Shown: piece after piece, positions 22,532 through 32,004 of the stretch
How positions within the stretch are numbered: the first letter of the stretch is position 1
How the letters are laid out: every line of letters starts with the position of its first letter
Assembly: GCA_964248365.1 (NCBI GenBank)
Contig: CAXTYC010000010.1
Span: 1 to 64,000 of the forward strand
Direction of reading: 5' to 3'
From: an uncultured Chroococcidiopsis sp.
GTDB taxonomy: Bacteria; Cyanobacteriota; Cyanobacteriia; Cyanobacteriales; Chroococcidiopsidaceae
Length of the DNA stretch: 64,000 bases
Notes under the pieces: generated by a model
What the model was told of the DNA's origin: nothing
The model's database searches: none
Seen by the model: the letters and a program-made list of their open reading frames with translations, nothing else
Made by a program: the position numbers and the translations under genes

Positions 22532-22781
22532 TAGCCTAATTCCATTATTATTAAGGCAATCTAAATTTTTAATTCGTAATTATGAGGAAAAAGGGGAAAG
22601 GGAAAAGGTTAAAGGATGAAGGGTGAAGGGTAAAGGTTAAAGGGTAAAGAGGTATTGCGGAAAAGGGTAAGATGCAGTTCGAGCTACCCTTACCTGCTAC
22701 CCCTACCCTTCTTACTTCATCCTTCCCACTTCACACTTCACCCTTCATTCCTTCTCACTTCATCCTTTTTCTAGCCCCTGC

Positions 22782-24071
22782 TCACTTAAGCGCCCCTCTT
22801 TCTACCTTTGGCAGTATGCCGATGCTTTGATAAATTGGGCGAACCATTTGCTTTAAAGCAGGTAACTGTTTGATAAAAAAGATAGAACCTAAAATACAAG
22901 CTATCCCATCAATCATTAATGTATTGGGAGCGCCAATCCGATCTGCTAATGCACCTCCCAATAAATTCCCAAAGGGAATTACACCTAAAAATGACATTGA
23001 GAAAAAACTCATTAATCGTCCGCGCTTGTCGTCTTCAACAATTGTTTGTAAAACAGTGTTGCTAGCGGCAACTTGCAAAATTGTTCCCAAGCCGACGAAC
23101 AACATTGTGAACAACGAAATTGGTAAGAATCGGGAAAAAGAAAAAGCAATCAGCCCGATGCCTAAAATTGCAGGAGCTAGAGCAATTAATCGACCCAATC
23201 CCACTACGGTTTTTCGCGTAGCAAGATATATTCCGCCTGCTAATGCTCCAACTCCTGAACCAGCCATTAAGAAGCCTAGAGTTTCTGCACCACCTTTAAT
23301 AATTTCTTCAGCAAAAATGGGTACTAAAATGGTATATTGCATTCCCATTAAACTGACTAAAGCTGATAGCAACAAGATTGCCCGAATCGGTGGAAATCCA
23401 AAGGCATATACAAATCCCTCTTTGATTTCTTGCAAGGGATTGGCGTGAGTTCCTATAGTTTTCTTTAGCTTGATTTTCATAGCTAATAAAGCTATAATTA
23501 CAGCAATATAGCTGAAACCATCAATTAAAAAACAGTAAGCGGCTCCCACTCTGGCAAGTAGTAAACCTCCGATCGCAGGACCAATTAACCGCGCTCCATT
23601 GAACATCGTTGAGTTAACAGCGATCGCATTGGCTAAATCTTCTTTGCCCTCCACCAATTCCGGTACAAATGCTTGACGCGCTGGTGCATCAAAGGCGTTA
23701 ATAAATCCTTGAAACAAGCTTAAGGCAATAATGTGCCACACTTGAATTACCCCAGATAACGCCAACGCTGCCAAGGCTAACGATTGAATCATCGCCAATA
23801 TTTGCGTACCAATTAAGGTACGATGGCGGGAGAAGCGATCGACAAATACCCCACCAAAGGGAGACAAAAAGAAGCTAGGAATTTGACTAGTAAATCCCAC
23901 AACTCCTAACATTAAAGGTGATTTAGTTAAGTCATAAACCAACCAAATCGTGGCAATTTGAGTCATCCATGTCCCAATTAGGGAAATGCCTTGTCCAGCA
24001 AAAAACAGACGGTAGTTTCTTGACCTGAAGGCTGGTATTATAGACTTCTTTCGGGTTGCTTGTGTGTTCAT
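22782..24071 (-). CDS. MFS transporter
   Basis: RNYRLFFAGQ, FDAPARQ and ARLIGPAIGG motifs; multiple TM helices. Confidence 0.92.
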   Translation of the reverse strand: MNTQATRKKSIIPAFRSRNYRLFFAGQGISLIGTWMTQIATIWLVYDLTKSPLMLGVVGFTSQIPSFFLSPFGGVFVDRFSRHRTLIGTQILAMIQSLALAALALSGVIQVWHIIALSLFQGFINAFDAPARQAFVPELVEGKEDLANAIAVNSTMFNGARLIGPAIGGLLLARVGAAYCFLIDGFSYIAVIIALLAMKIKLKKTIGTHANPLQEIKEGFVYAFGFPPIRAILLLSALVSLMGMQYTILVPIFAEEIIKGGAETLGFLMAGSGVGALAGGIYLATRKTVVGLGRLIALAPAILGIGLIAFSFSRFLPISLFTMLFVGLGTILQVAASNTVLQTIVEDDKRGRLMSFFSMSFLGVIPFGNLLGGALADRIGAPNTLMIDGIACILGSIFFIKQLPALKQMVRPIYQSIGILPKVERGALK

Positions 24072-24495
24072 ATATTAAGATTGGTAATTGGTAATCGGTC
24101 AGCCACTACCCGCTACCCATTACCTAGTTGCCGAATATCTGTTGTAGTCATTCAATTTTGAATTTTCGATTTAGGATTTTTAATGTACCTGACGGATGAA
24201 TTCAAGATATTGAAACAAAATTTTTTATCGTTGCCCTCGTGCCTTGTTGCTAAGTTAAGCTAATCGTCAAATAAAATTGCAGATGCAAAGCGCGTTATCA
24301 AGAGCGCGCTTTTTGCTACATTGCTGCAACGCCAGATACACATTAACTTAATTAATAAAAAGTCTTTTGAACTGGAATCTTGCACCCCTCGAGCGGGCAT
24401 ATTAGTTCCCAGGCTCAGCTGCGCGAAGACTGAGCCTCTGCTGCAAGATATCAATTGAACCAAACAAACATAAACAAGATATAAAGGTAGATAGA

Positions 24496-24532
24496 TGCAA
24501 AGCGGTTTCCCTTAGAGTAAGAAACCGCTTGC
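24496..24532 (-). terminator. Hairpin immediately 3' of the emrA-like gene
   Basis: TGCAAAGCGGTTTC...GAAACCGCTTGCA inverted repeat. Confidence 0.5.
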
Positions 24533-24535
24533 ACA

Positions 24536-25984
24536 CTACTTAACCTCTACAGTTACTTCTGCCGACATCCCTGGTACAATCCGCGATTCGTATCCTTTAA
24601 TACTTTGAGAATCGAGGACGATCTTAACTGGGACGCGCTGTACAATCTTGGTGAAGTTGCCAGTTGCATTATCTGGAGGTAGCAGGGCAAACTGAGCGCC
24701 CGATGCTGGCGAAATACTATTAACACGACCTGTAAAAGTATGATGTGGGAAGGAATCAAGCTTGACTTCTACAGATTCGCCAGGTCGCATCTTTTCGAGT
24801 TGAGTTTCTTTGAAGTTGGCGACTACCCAGTATTCATTATCTACGATCGCCATCAACGGTTGTCCTGGTTGCACCCGTTGCCCTTCTTCTACGGTTTTGC
24901 GACCAACTCGTCCGCTGTTGGGGGCAGTAATGGTGGTGTAGGATAGCTGCAACTGAGCATCTTTCAAGTTAGCTTGGGCTTGAGCGATTTGAGCCTGAGC
25001 TGCGGCATATTGACTGCGGTTGACTTGGGTTTGCACACCGCCAGCCTTAGCCAGTTGCAACCCTCCTTGGGAAGCAGCTAACTGTGCCTGCGCTCTAACT
25101 ACACCTTCCCTCGCCTGTGCCAGTTTAGCTTCAGCTTGGGCTACTCCTTGCTGCGCTGAATTTCTTTGAGCTAAAGCAACTTGGTAAGCAGCTCTTGCCG
25201 TATCTAGCTGCTGACGCGCGATCGCGCCTTGCTGATACAATGTGTTGTAACGGTTAAAATCTGCCTGTGTTCTTTGCAGATTTGCTTGTGCTTCCGCCAC
25301 AGCCGCCTGCGCTGCTGGAATTCCAGCTTGTGCTTCCTTGACTGCTGCTTGGGCGGTAGAAATTGCCGCGATCGCACTAGAAACATTTCCCTGCGCTTGG
25401 GCTGTATTCGCAGCAGCATTCCCTGATGCTAGATTAATACTAGACTGCGCCGCCTGTGCCTGCTGACGAGCTGCGTTTATTGCCGCTTCTGACTGCTGCA
25501 CCTTATTATAATAGTCACGCGGATCGAGCTTCACCAGCAACTGTCCTTTCTGCACCTGTTGGTTATCGTCTACCAGCACGTCGGCTACAGTACCATTAAT
25601 CCGGCTACTGATTTGGTGAATATGACCTGCTACTGTAGCATCATCCGTTGACTGATGAGTCGAAGCAAATTGCCACCAGCGATAACCAAAAGTACCAGCA
25701 GCGATCGCACCCACGCCCAAACCTGCTAAAATCAAACCCATTGGTCGGCGCTTTTGCCCACCTTTGACTGGCGCCTGGCTTGGTTTTTCTGTTTCCTTCC
25801 TGTCAGGTTCCAAAGGAACAGTTTTCTGATCGGGTGTCACAACAAGGGTTTCTTGTCGGTAAACCTTATCGTGAGTATCAGCATCAGTAATTAATTGCTT
25901 CTCAATTACTGCCGGATCAGTAATTAATTCCTTTTCAATAACTACTGCTCCACGTCCATTTAAAGATGTATTGCTTCCTTCCAT
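24536..25984 (-). CDS. HlyD/EmrA family membrane fusion protein
   Basis: STDDA, ANFKETQL and LPPDNATGNFTKIVQRVPVKI motifs. Confidence 0.95.
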   Translation of the reverse strand: MEGSNTSLNGRGAVVIEKELITDPAVIEKQLITDADTHDKVYRQETLVVTPDQKTVPLEPDRKETEKPSQAPVKGGQKRRPMGLILAGLGVGAIAAGTFGYRWWQFASTHQSTDDATVAGHIHQISSRINGTVADVLVDDNQQVQKGQLLVKLDPRDYYNKVQQSEAAINAARQQAQAAQSSINLASGNAAANTAQAQGNVSSAIAAISTAQAAVKEAQAGIPAAQAAVAEAQANLQRTQADFNRYNTLYQQGAIARQQLDTARAAYQVALAQRNSAQQGVAQAEAKLAQAREGVVRAQAQLAASQGGLQLAKAGGVQTQVNRSQYAAAQAQIAQAQANLKDAQLQLSYTTITAPNSGRVGRKTVEEGQRVQPGQPLMAIVDNEYWVVANFKETQLEKMRPGESVEVKLDSFPHHTFTGRVNSISPASGAQFALLPPDNATGNFTKIVQRVPVKIVLDSQSIKGYESRIVPGMSAEVTVEVK

Positions 25985-26157
25985 AATTCGACTTTCTCTT
26001 AAAAGAGAGTTTTGGTAGATGACTGAAATTGAGAAATTATCTATAAAAAGGCGACTTATTTAGGATTTACGCAGTGGTTGGTAATTGGTAATTGGTAATT
26101 GATAATTGCCCCTTGTTTACCCCTACCTGCGTCAGCTATCTTATTAAGAAGTCTTTT

Positions 26158-26173
26158 ATTCCGCATCCGTAGT
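26158..26173. promoter_or_regulatory. Candidate MarR operator upstream of the emrA-like gene
   Basis: ATTCCGCATCCGTAGT, 13/16 match to the palindrome ATTACGCATGCGTAAT. Confidence 0.45.
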
Positions 26174-26238
26174 ATTACATATTATTAAAACATTCATGAT
26201 TGCAGCACCTGCCTAAAGAGTTAGTTTATGGGTAGATT

Positions 26239-26706
26239 CTAGGAAAGATTAGCGATCGCTTGGTCGAGCAGTCTTGAGAATAGTTGGCGCTCTTGGGGGG
26301 AAAAACCTTGCATAGTTCGATCTTTGAATTCAGCGGCAAGTGGGGGTAACACGTCTTGTAGTTCCGAACCAGCATCTGTGAGCCAGATCCGCCAGATGCG
26401 GCGATCGCGCGAGTCTCGCTCTCGGCGAATTAGTCCGCGTTCCTCCATGCGATCGAGTACACCCGTTAAGGTTCCTCCTACCTGTTGCAGCTTTTCGCCA
26501 ATACTACAGGTGGCTAAGCCATCTTCTTCCCACAAACAGCACAACACAACCCAGTGAAAGGGAGTCAAACCAAAAGGCTCCAGTAGCTCTTGAAACTTAC
26601 GACCTCCAAGTTGACTTAGCAGCTTAATTCGGTAGCCTATACTGTATGGTGCTAGAACTTCGCGCCACGCCGAGACAACTTTTTGATCCACAGAGGTAGT
26701 AGTCAT
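26239..26706 (-). CDS. MarR family transcriptional regulator
   Basis: TLTGVLDRMEERGLI and DRRIWRIWLT winged-helix motifs. Confidence 0.95.
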   Translation of the reverse strand: MTTTSVDQKVVSAWREVLAPYSIGYRIKLLSQLGGRKFQELLEPFGLTPFHWVVLCCLWEEDGLATCSIGEKLQQVGGTLTGVLDRMEERGLIRRERDSRDRRIWRIWLTDAGSELQDVLPPLAAEFKDRTMQGFSPQERQLFSRLLDQAIANLS

Positions 26707-26716
26707 TTAGTTATTT

Positions 26717-26765
26717 ATTTCGTATGCGTAATATCATTATAGCTATATTTATTTAAATTTGGCAA
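26717..26765 (-). promoter_or_regulatory. marR promoter with candidate autoregulatory operator
   Basis: TTGCCA (26765-26760), 18-nt spacer, TATAAT (26741-26736), then the palindrome ATTTCGTATGCGTAAT (26717-26732). Confidence 0.6.
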
Positions 26766-26864
26766 CAGGGAAAACTTTAGACAGATTGTATAAAAGTTCC
26801 CTTGTTTAGGACAACTACTAGCACTAGTATACTAAGTGTCACCTAAATGTAAGTATCATATTCT

Positions 26865-27515
26865 ATGCATACTACCCATAAATTACTACTTGCTGTATTG
26901 GGTACAGCAAGTATCAGCTTTGCAACAGCAGGCTCAGCTAGAGCGGAGACTTTGACTTTTGACGAGCTAGGATCTCCTACACCAGCCGATGGTCTGACTG
27001 TCAAAGGAGTGACATTTGATTATAAGATTGATGGTGTTGATTCGACTGATGCGATTTACAACCAATCTTTCCCGCCTCAGCTTCCACCAAACTTATTTGT
27101 GAATCTTCAAGCTCCGGTTTTAGAAGGCAATGCAAAAGGTGTCCTATCACTTGACTTCGCGCAACCAATTTCACAACTTCAGTTTGCTGTTGGGGTAGAA
27201 TCCACCGCTCCTGTCACTTCTGCTTTAACTGTAGAGCTTTTCGATTCAGGCTCGAAGTCCTTGGGAAGTACGCCAGTGAATACGACCCCCCAGGCTATAT
27301 TATCTGAAGGTTCGTTCACCTATAGCGGAGTGCCAGTACAAAAGGCAGTTCTGGATTTTGATGCAACTAAATTTGGTATTGATCCAACTAGAGATCCGCG
27401 ATTTTCTATTGACAACCTTTCCTACACCGCAGTACCAGAACCCTCCTCACTCCTTGGTTTGTTTGCTATAGGTGCTAGTGGTGGAGTTTTACGCTTAATA
27501 CGTAAGCAGCGGTAA
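26865..27515 (+). CDS. PEP-CTERM sorting domain protein
   Basis: Signal peptide; VPEPSS, TM helix and RKQR tail. Confidence 0.9.
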   Translation: MHTTHKLLLAVLGTASISFATAGSARAETLTFDELGSPTPADGLTVKGVTFDYKIDGVDSTDAIYNQSFPPQLPPNLFVNLQAPVLEGNAKGVLSLDFAQPISQLQFAVGVESTAPVTSALTVELFDSGSKSLGSTPVNTTPQAILSEGSFTYSGVPVQKAVLDFDATKFGIDPTRDPRFSIDNLSYTAVPEPSSLLGLFAIGASGGVLRLIRKQR

Positions 27516-27541
27516 ATAGTTATAGTTGCTTCAAACCTTTA

Positions 27542-27564
27542 TGGCACTTGAGTCCCAAGTGCCA
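27542..27564 (+). terminator. Hairpin 3' of the PEP-CTERM gene
   Basis: TGGCACTTG-AGTCC-CAAGTGCCA, a perfect 9-bp stem. Confidence 0.55.
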
Positions 27565-27663
27565 AACTATTCATTACTCACTGCCCTTATGTTGGTCAGA
27601 AGCTTTACACTTGGTAATTTTTTCTAAACTGAGAAATAGTAAAGCTATTACCACATCATCCTT

Positions 27664-28311
27664 ATGCCGCTTCGACCGGATCAACGTACTAAATTAGATG
27701 ATTCAGACGACAAGCAATTTTATGCCTATCCGCGATTTGTGACTCATGTGGATGAAGGCTTCATTCAACAGCTTACAGATTTATATCGCCAGCGCCTTAA
27801 GCCACACACTCGGATTTTTGACATGATGAGTAGCTGGGTGTCTCATCTTCCAGAGGAAATGGAATTTAGCCATGTGGAAGGACACGGACTCAACGCTGAG
27901 GAACTAGCGCGTAATTCGCGGCTAGACCATTATTTTGTGCAGGATATCAACGCAAATCCTAAACTACCACTGCCAGATCAAGATTTTGATGCCGTCCTCA
28001 ATACTGTTTCTGTGCAGTATTTGCAATACCCAGAAGCTGTATTTACCGAGATTCACCGCATTCTCAAGCCTGGGGGAGTGGCAATTATCAGCTTTTCTAA
28101 CCGAATGTTTTATCAAAAGGCTATTCAGGCGTGGCGGGATGGTTCGGAAGCCAGTCGAGTCGAATTAGTTAAACAGTACTTCAAATCAGTCCCAGGATTC
28201 ACCGAGCCAGAGGTAATTGCTCGTCAGTCGAATGCTCCTAACTTCCTGCAATGGTTGGGTGCTGCTGGTGGAGATCCATTTTACGCTGTGATAGCCTACC
28301 GAACCCGTTGA
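27664..28311 (+). CDS. Class I SAM-dependent methyltransferase
   Basis: DMMSSWVSHLP, SVQYL and RILKPGG motifs. Confidence 0.88.
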   Translation: MPLRPDQRTKLDDSDDKQFYAYPRFVTHVDEGFIQQLTDLYRQRLKPHTRIFDMMSSWVSHLPEEMEFSHVEGHGLNAEELARNSRLDHYFVQDINANPKLPLPDQDFDAVLNTVSVQYLQYPEAVFTEIHRILKPGGVAIISFSNRMFYQKAIQAWRDGSEASRVELVKQYFKSVPGFTEPEVIARQSNAPNFLQWLGAAGGDPFYAVIAYRTR

Positions 28312-28378
28312 ATCCCTGATTTGGGACAACAAGCCAAAGAGGGTAATAAGTATATAAGTCTAGCATCAGGAGGCGGTA

Positions 28379-28900
28379 ATGATTTTGAGTAAAAGGCGTA
28401 GGATTTTAGCTGCGTTGATGCTTTGTGTGCTAGTGTTGTTCACAACAGCCTGTAGTGCAACAGCACAGGCTCCCAAACGTTTTGACTCTGCACAACAGCA
28501 AAGCAGTCAGCAAAGAAGTGGTCAAGCGGTTGCTAAGAGTGCAACACAGGGTAGCGAATTTAACAAATTCTTCCCCGCAGCTACTGATGGGTTCCAACGA
28601 GTTTATACCCAGGAGAAAAAAGGCTTTGCTGAGGCTAAGTTGAAACAAGGTGGTAAGGATGTAGCGATGCTGTCTATTTCTGATACAACTAGTAATCCCA
28701 TAGCAGCAGCGAAATTCAAGACTAGTACCAAAAAAATAAATGGTTATCCCGCTGTTGAGATTGGTAATACTCAAACTGCCATTCTAGTAGGCGATCGCTA
28801 CCAAGTTAAAGTATTATCCCGCGCTCCGGCTTTTACAGCAAGCGATCGCGCAGCTTGGTTACAAAGATTTGATCTCAACGGATTAGCTCAATTGAAATAA
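28379..28900 (+). CDS. Hypothetical lipoprotein
   Basis: Basic N-terminus, hydrophobic stretch and TTAC lipobox; AGGAGG RBS. Confidence 0.8.
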   Translation: MILSKRRRILAALMLCVLVLFTTACSATAQAPKRFDSAQQQSSQQRSGQAVAKSATQGSEFNKFFPAATDGFQRVYTQEKKGFAEAKLKQGGKDVAMLSISDTTSNPIAAAKFKTSTKKINGYPAVEIGNTQTAILVGDRYQVKVLSRAPAFTASDRAAWLQRFDLNGLAQLK

Positions 28901-28952
28901 AGCCAACAAGGGGCGTGGAAACAATTACGAATTGGAATTATTAGGGGGCTAT

Positions 28953-29840
28953 GTGAGCAAACCGATTTTTGAATTGGTGGATGAACTACCAACAAATAAT
29001 TTAACTGTTTCAATGCTGCGATCGCTCGATTTTGTTGCTCCTGGCGAGTGGCAAAATTTGGTAGGTTTTGAAAACACTATTCGTACAGTTACAGGTGAAA
29101 CTGACGAAAGCCTGATCGGGCAAATTGGTGAACGGGCAATATATTTGTACAACGATCGCTCTCAAGGATACCAAACAGCGATGTGGCTTTATCAAACAGT
29201 TGATAGAACAGATAAAGCCCTTGGTGCAGCAGCATTAGCTAACAAAGTAGGCGAAAGAATTCCCCTACTAGGTTTTTTAAACAGAGTTACTCCCAAAGCC
29301 GACAAAGCTCAAACGATTGACTTATGTCTGAAATTAGTTGTCGAGTTAGTGGCTTTCTGTCAGATTAACGGTATTCCAGGCGACAGTATTGGCGATTTTG
29401 TCGCGTCACTGGCTGACTATAGCGGCGAATCACTCATGCGGATGGTTGCTTTAGTTTGTGTGGATGGTTTAATACCTTTTGGTGCTGATTTTCTTGAGAA
29501 GGCACAATCAACTCTCAATCAAACAACTCCACGAGAATTAGAGCAAAATACAACCTTCCAAAACATCAGCTATGCTATTCCAGGTAACAATTCAGTCGGG
29601 AAGTTAAACTTTATTGGTGAAAGCTTCGATAGCGTTAAAAGCTGGATGAGTGATTTAGTTATTTCTCGTGATTTAACACCACAAAAAGTTGTCAATAATC
29701 TACAACAATTTGTGCAATTTGCTGATGATAAATTAGATTACCTTGCTGCTTTCTTGGATGTATCAACTAACTACTACGAACATACAGGAACGCAAACATT
29801 GGCTCGTAGGTTAATTGAACGAGCAGTAGCTGAGATTTAG
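28953..29840 (+). CDS. Hypothetical protein
   Basis: Long ORF directly after the lipoprotein gene; probable GTG start. Confidence 0.8.
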   Translation: MSKPIFELVDELPTNNLTVSMLRSLDFVAPGEWQNLVGFENTIRTVTGETDESLIGQIGERAIYLYNDRSQGYQTAMWLYQTVDRTDKALGAAALANKVGERIPLLGFLNRVTPKADKAQTIDLCLKLVVELVAFCQINGIPGDSIGDFVASLADYSGESLMRMVALVCVDGLIPFGADFLEKAQSTLNQTTPRELEQNTTFQNISYAIPGNNSVGKLNFIGESFDSVKSWMSDLVISRDLTPQKVVNNLQQFVQFADDKLDYLAAFLDVSTNYYEHTGTQTLARRLIERAVAEI

Positions 29841-29852
29841 AGTATGCTACCC

Positions 29853-30035
29853 ATGCCCACCTCAATCTTTCCAACCGAGCCTGTATGCCACCCATGCCCA
29901 CCTTAATCTTTCCAACTCAGATTTAAAATAGCAATGCCCACCTTAATCTTTCCAACCCAGATTTAGAATAGCAATGCCCACCTTAATCTTGCCAACCAAA
30001 ATTTAGAATAATATGGTGGGCAATGCCCACCCTAC
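29853..30035 (+). repeat. Four ~40-bp tandem units ending in a complete REP (GGTGGGCAATGCCCACCCTAC)
   Basis: ATGCCCACCTYAATCTT(T/G)CCAAC starts at 29853, 29894, 29934 and 29974; REP at 30015-30035. Confidence 0.9.
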
Positions 30036-30059
30036 TCCATCCATCTCTAAGTAATATAT

Positions 30060-30407
30060 ATGACAGACACATTTAACTGTGATGACATTGAAGAAATTCA
30101 GATCAACTCGCTAGCTGATTTAGATCGACTTATATCAGAAAAATTTGATTTACCTGTGCAACAATATTCAACAGATATCAGGTCAGCTTTAGAACTGGTT
30201 GCATGGAATTTAGAAAACTCTGATGGTCCTCATTTTGAAATATTTAGAACTGAGGATCATGCTCTTCCTGGTTTACCTTTTGTAGCGAGTTTTGAACCAG
30301 ATGTATGGGGCTATGGTGAAACCGCACCTTTAGCTATTTGTCAGGCTGCGCTTTTTCGGCTTAAAAGAATTAAAGTAAATCTCTTGTTAACCGAAAACAA
30401 AAAGTAG
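30060..30407 (+). CDS. Phage ABA-sandwich-like domain protein
   Basis: LDRLISEK...YSTDIRSA...ETAPLAICQAAL pattern, recalled from phage ABA-sandwich/BC1872-like proteins. Confidence 0.6.
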   Translation: MTDTFNCDDIEEIQINSLADLDRLISEKFDLPVQQYSTDIRSALELVAWNLENSDGPHFEIFRTEDHALPGLPFVASFEPDVWGYGETAPLAICQAALFRLKRIKVNLLLTENKK

Positions 30408-30440
30408 GGTGAGCAATGCCCACCCATTATGAATATAAAT

Positions 30441-31583
30441 TTAGGCACATTCCCTTAAATCATGTATAGCATAAGCCTTCAGTTCACCAATGAAGGTATC
30501 TATTTTGTGCCTATCTACATTTTGCATAACTACGATGTGTGACCATTCCCCCTCAGTTGCTAATTGCCACTTCTTAATCATTTGTACGGGAGGCTTTTGT
30601 AGTACTACAGTATTTGAGAATTTGTTGAGCATACAGGGGTAATTTATATCCCTAAGCTGCTCAAAAAGATACTGAGCATTCTTGAGACATAAATCAACTT
30701 CCCTGGCTAATCCTGAGTGTCCTCTCTTTTGAAGAGCATACCACAAGAAAAGTGAAGTATGACCATTCCTAGAGCCTAAAATTGTTGTGTCTTTTGAACC
30801 AATGTACTCAATATTTTTCTCAACTTTCTGGAGGTAATCTTTTCTGGTTAATACAACACCACAAGGAATAGGAGAACCAACAAATTTATGACCAGAAATT
30901 GAGATGCTACCTATTGGTTTAGTAAAGTTAACTTGAGGCGCATCTGCTAAAAATGGCAACATCATTCCTGATAAAGCGCCATCACAATGAATGTAGTATT
31001 CTTGGATGTTGTTTCTCTTCAAAATATCCAGTACTACATCTAAGTCATCGATAGCCCCCTTCATTGTAGTACCAATATTTAAATTAATGATGGCGGGGCG
31101 ATCGCAATGTTGCTGAAGCATCCTTTCAAAATGGTCATATTCCATTTCGCCATTTATTTGGGAATTGATTACAACTTGCTCAATTCTAAATAGTCTTGCT
31201 GCTTTAGCAATGGAATAATGAGAGTCTTTGGATGAGTAGAGGATACCATCTGGATAAAGTTCTTTAGCCAGAGAAATTCCATACAAATTACCCTCTGTAC
31301 CACCAGAGGTAACATACCCCCAGTAATCATCTGCATTAATCTGATATAACTGGGCAAAGAATGATAATACTTGCTGCTCAAACTCAAAAGAATTAATCCC
31401 ATAATTTGATTTGACAAATGGATCGCCCAAATTAAATATAGTAAAATTCATAAATTTAAAAAGTGGCTCATATTCATAGGATAAATTGATAGGATATCCT
31501 GCCTGAAAGTAGGAATTTTTTTCTAATTCAGCAAAAAGGGCTGTCAATTTATTTTCAGTTTTAATATCTAAATTTGCAGGCAT
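30441..31583 (-). CDS. Group II PLP-dependent decarboxylase (histidine/serine decarboxylase clade)
   Basis: GYPINL, NLGDPF, GGTEGN, SHYS, HCDGAL, SGHKF (PLP lysine) and GSRNG motifs. Confidence 0.9.
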   Translation of the reverse strand: MPANLDIKTENKLTALFAELEKNSYFQAGYPINLSYEYEPLFKFMNFTIFNLGDPFVKSNYGINSFEFEQQVLSFFAQLYQINADDYWGYVTSGGTEGNLYGISLAKELYPDGILYSSKDSHYSIAKAARLFRIEQVVINSQINGEMEYDHFERMLQQHCDRPAIINLNIGTTMKGAIDDLDVVLDILKRNNIQEYYIHCDGALSGMMLPFLADAPQVNFTKPIGSISISGHKFVGSPIPCGVVLTRKDYLQKVEKNIEYIGSKDTTILGSRNGHTSLFLWYALQKRGHSGLAREVDLCLKNAQYLFEQLRDINYPCMLNKFSNTVVLQKPPVQMIKKWQLATEGEWSHIVVMQNVDRHKIDTFIGELKAYAIHDLRECA

Positions 31584-32004
31584 ACGTTAACTTTACATAC
31601 TGGAACGTTTTAATATTTACTCATAATTACGGAAATAGAAAGCGCAATTTTACTGAAAAAGTAATCTATGTAAATTTAGCAATCGAAATAAAAAAATATA
31701 AAAATAAATTAAAGATATAGGTATAAGTTTAGGTATAGGTTCGGAAAAATACTGAGATGAAGCTTTAGGGCTTTATTAAGCTCGTCACAATTGTTCAGTA
31801 AAAACCCTGATGTCAAATTGGGATAGCACGGTCATGCTAAATCTGACAGTTTTTCAGATTAGCTGAGCTAGTAGTAAGTAGGGTAAGCATCGCCCACTTT
31901 ATACGGTAAAAGATTAGCTGCCCTGCTACGCAAAAGCATTAGCTCTTCAAAGCCTTAGCTATCACTTTCAGTTAAGTACTTATTAACTCATCAAAAATTG
32001 GAAT

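Noticed and set aside
29853..30035. Possible CRISPR array
   Set aside because: The intervening segments are mostly near-identical rather than unique spacers, the units derive from a REP, and no cas genes are in the window.
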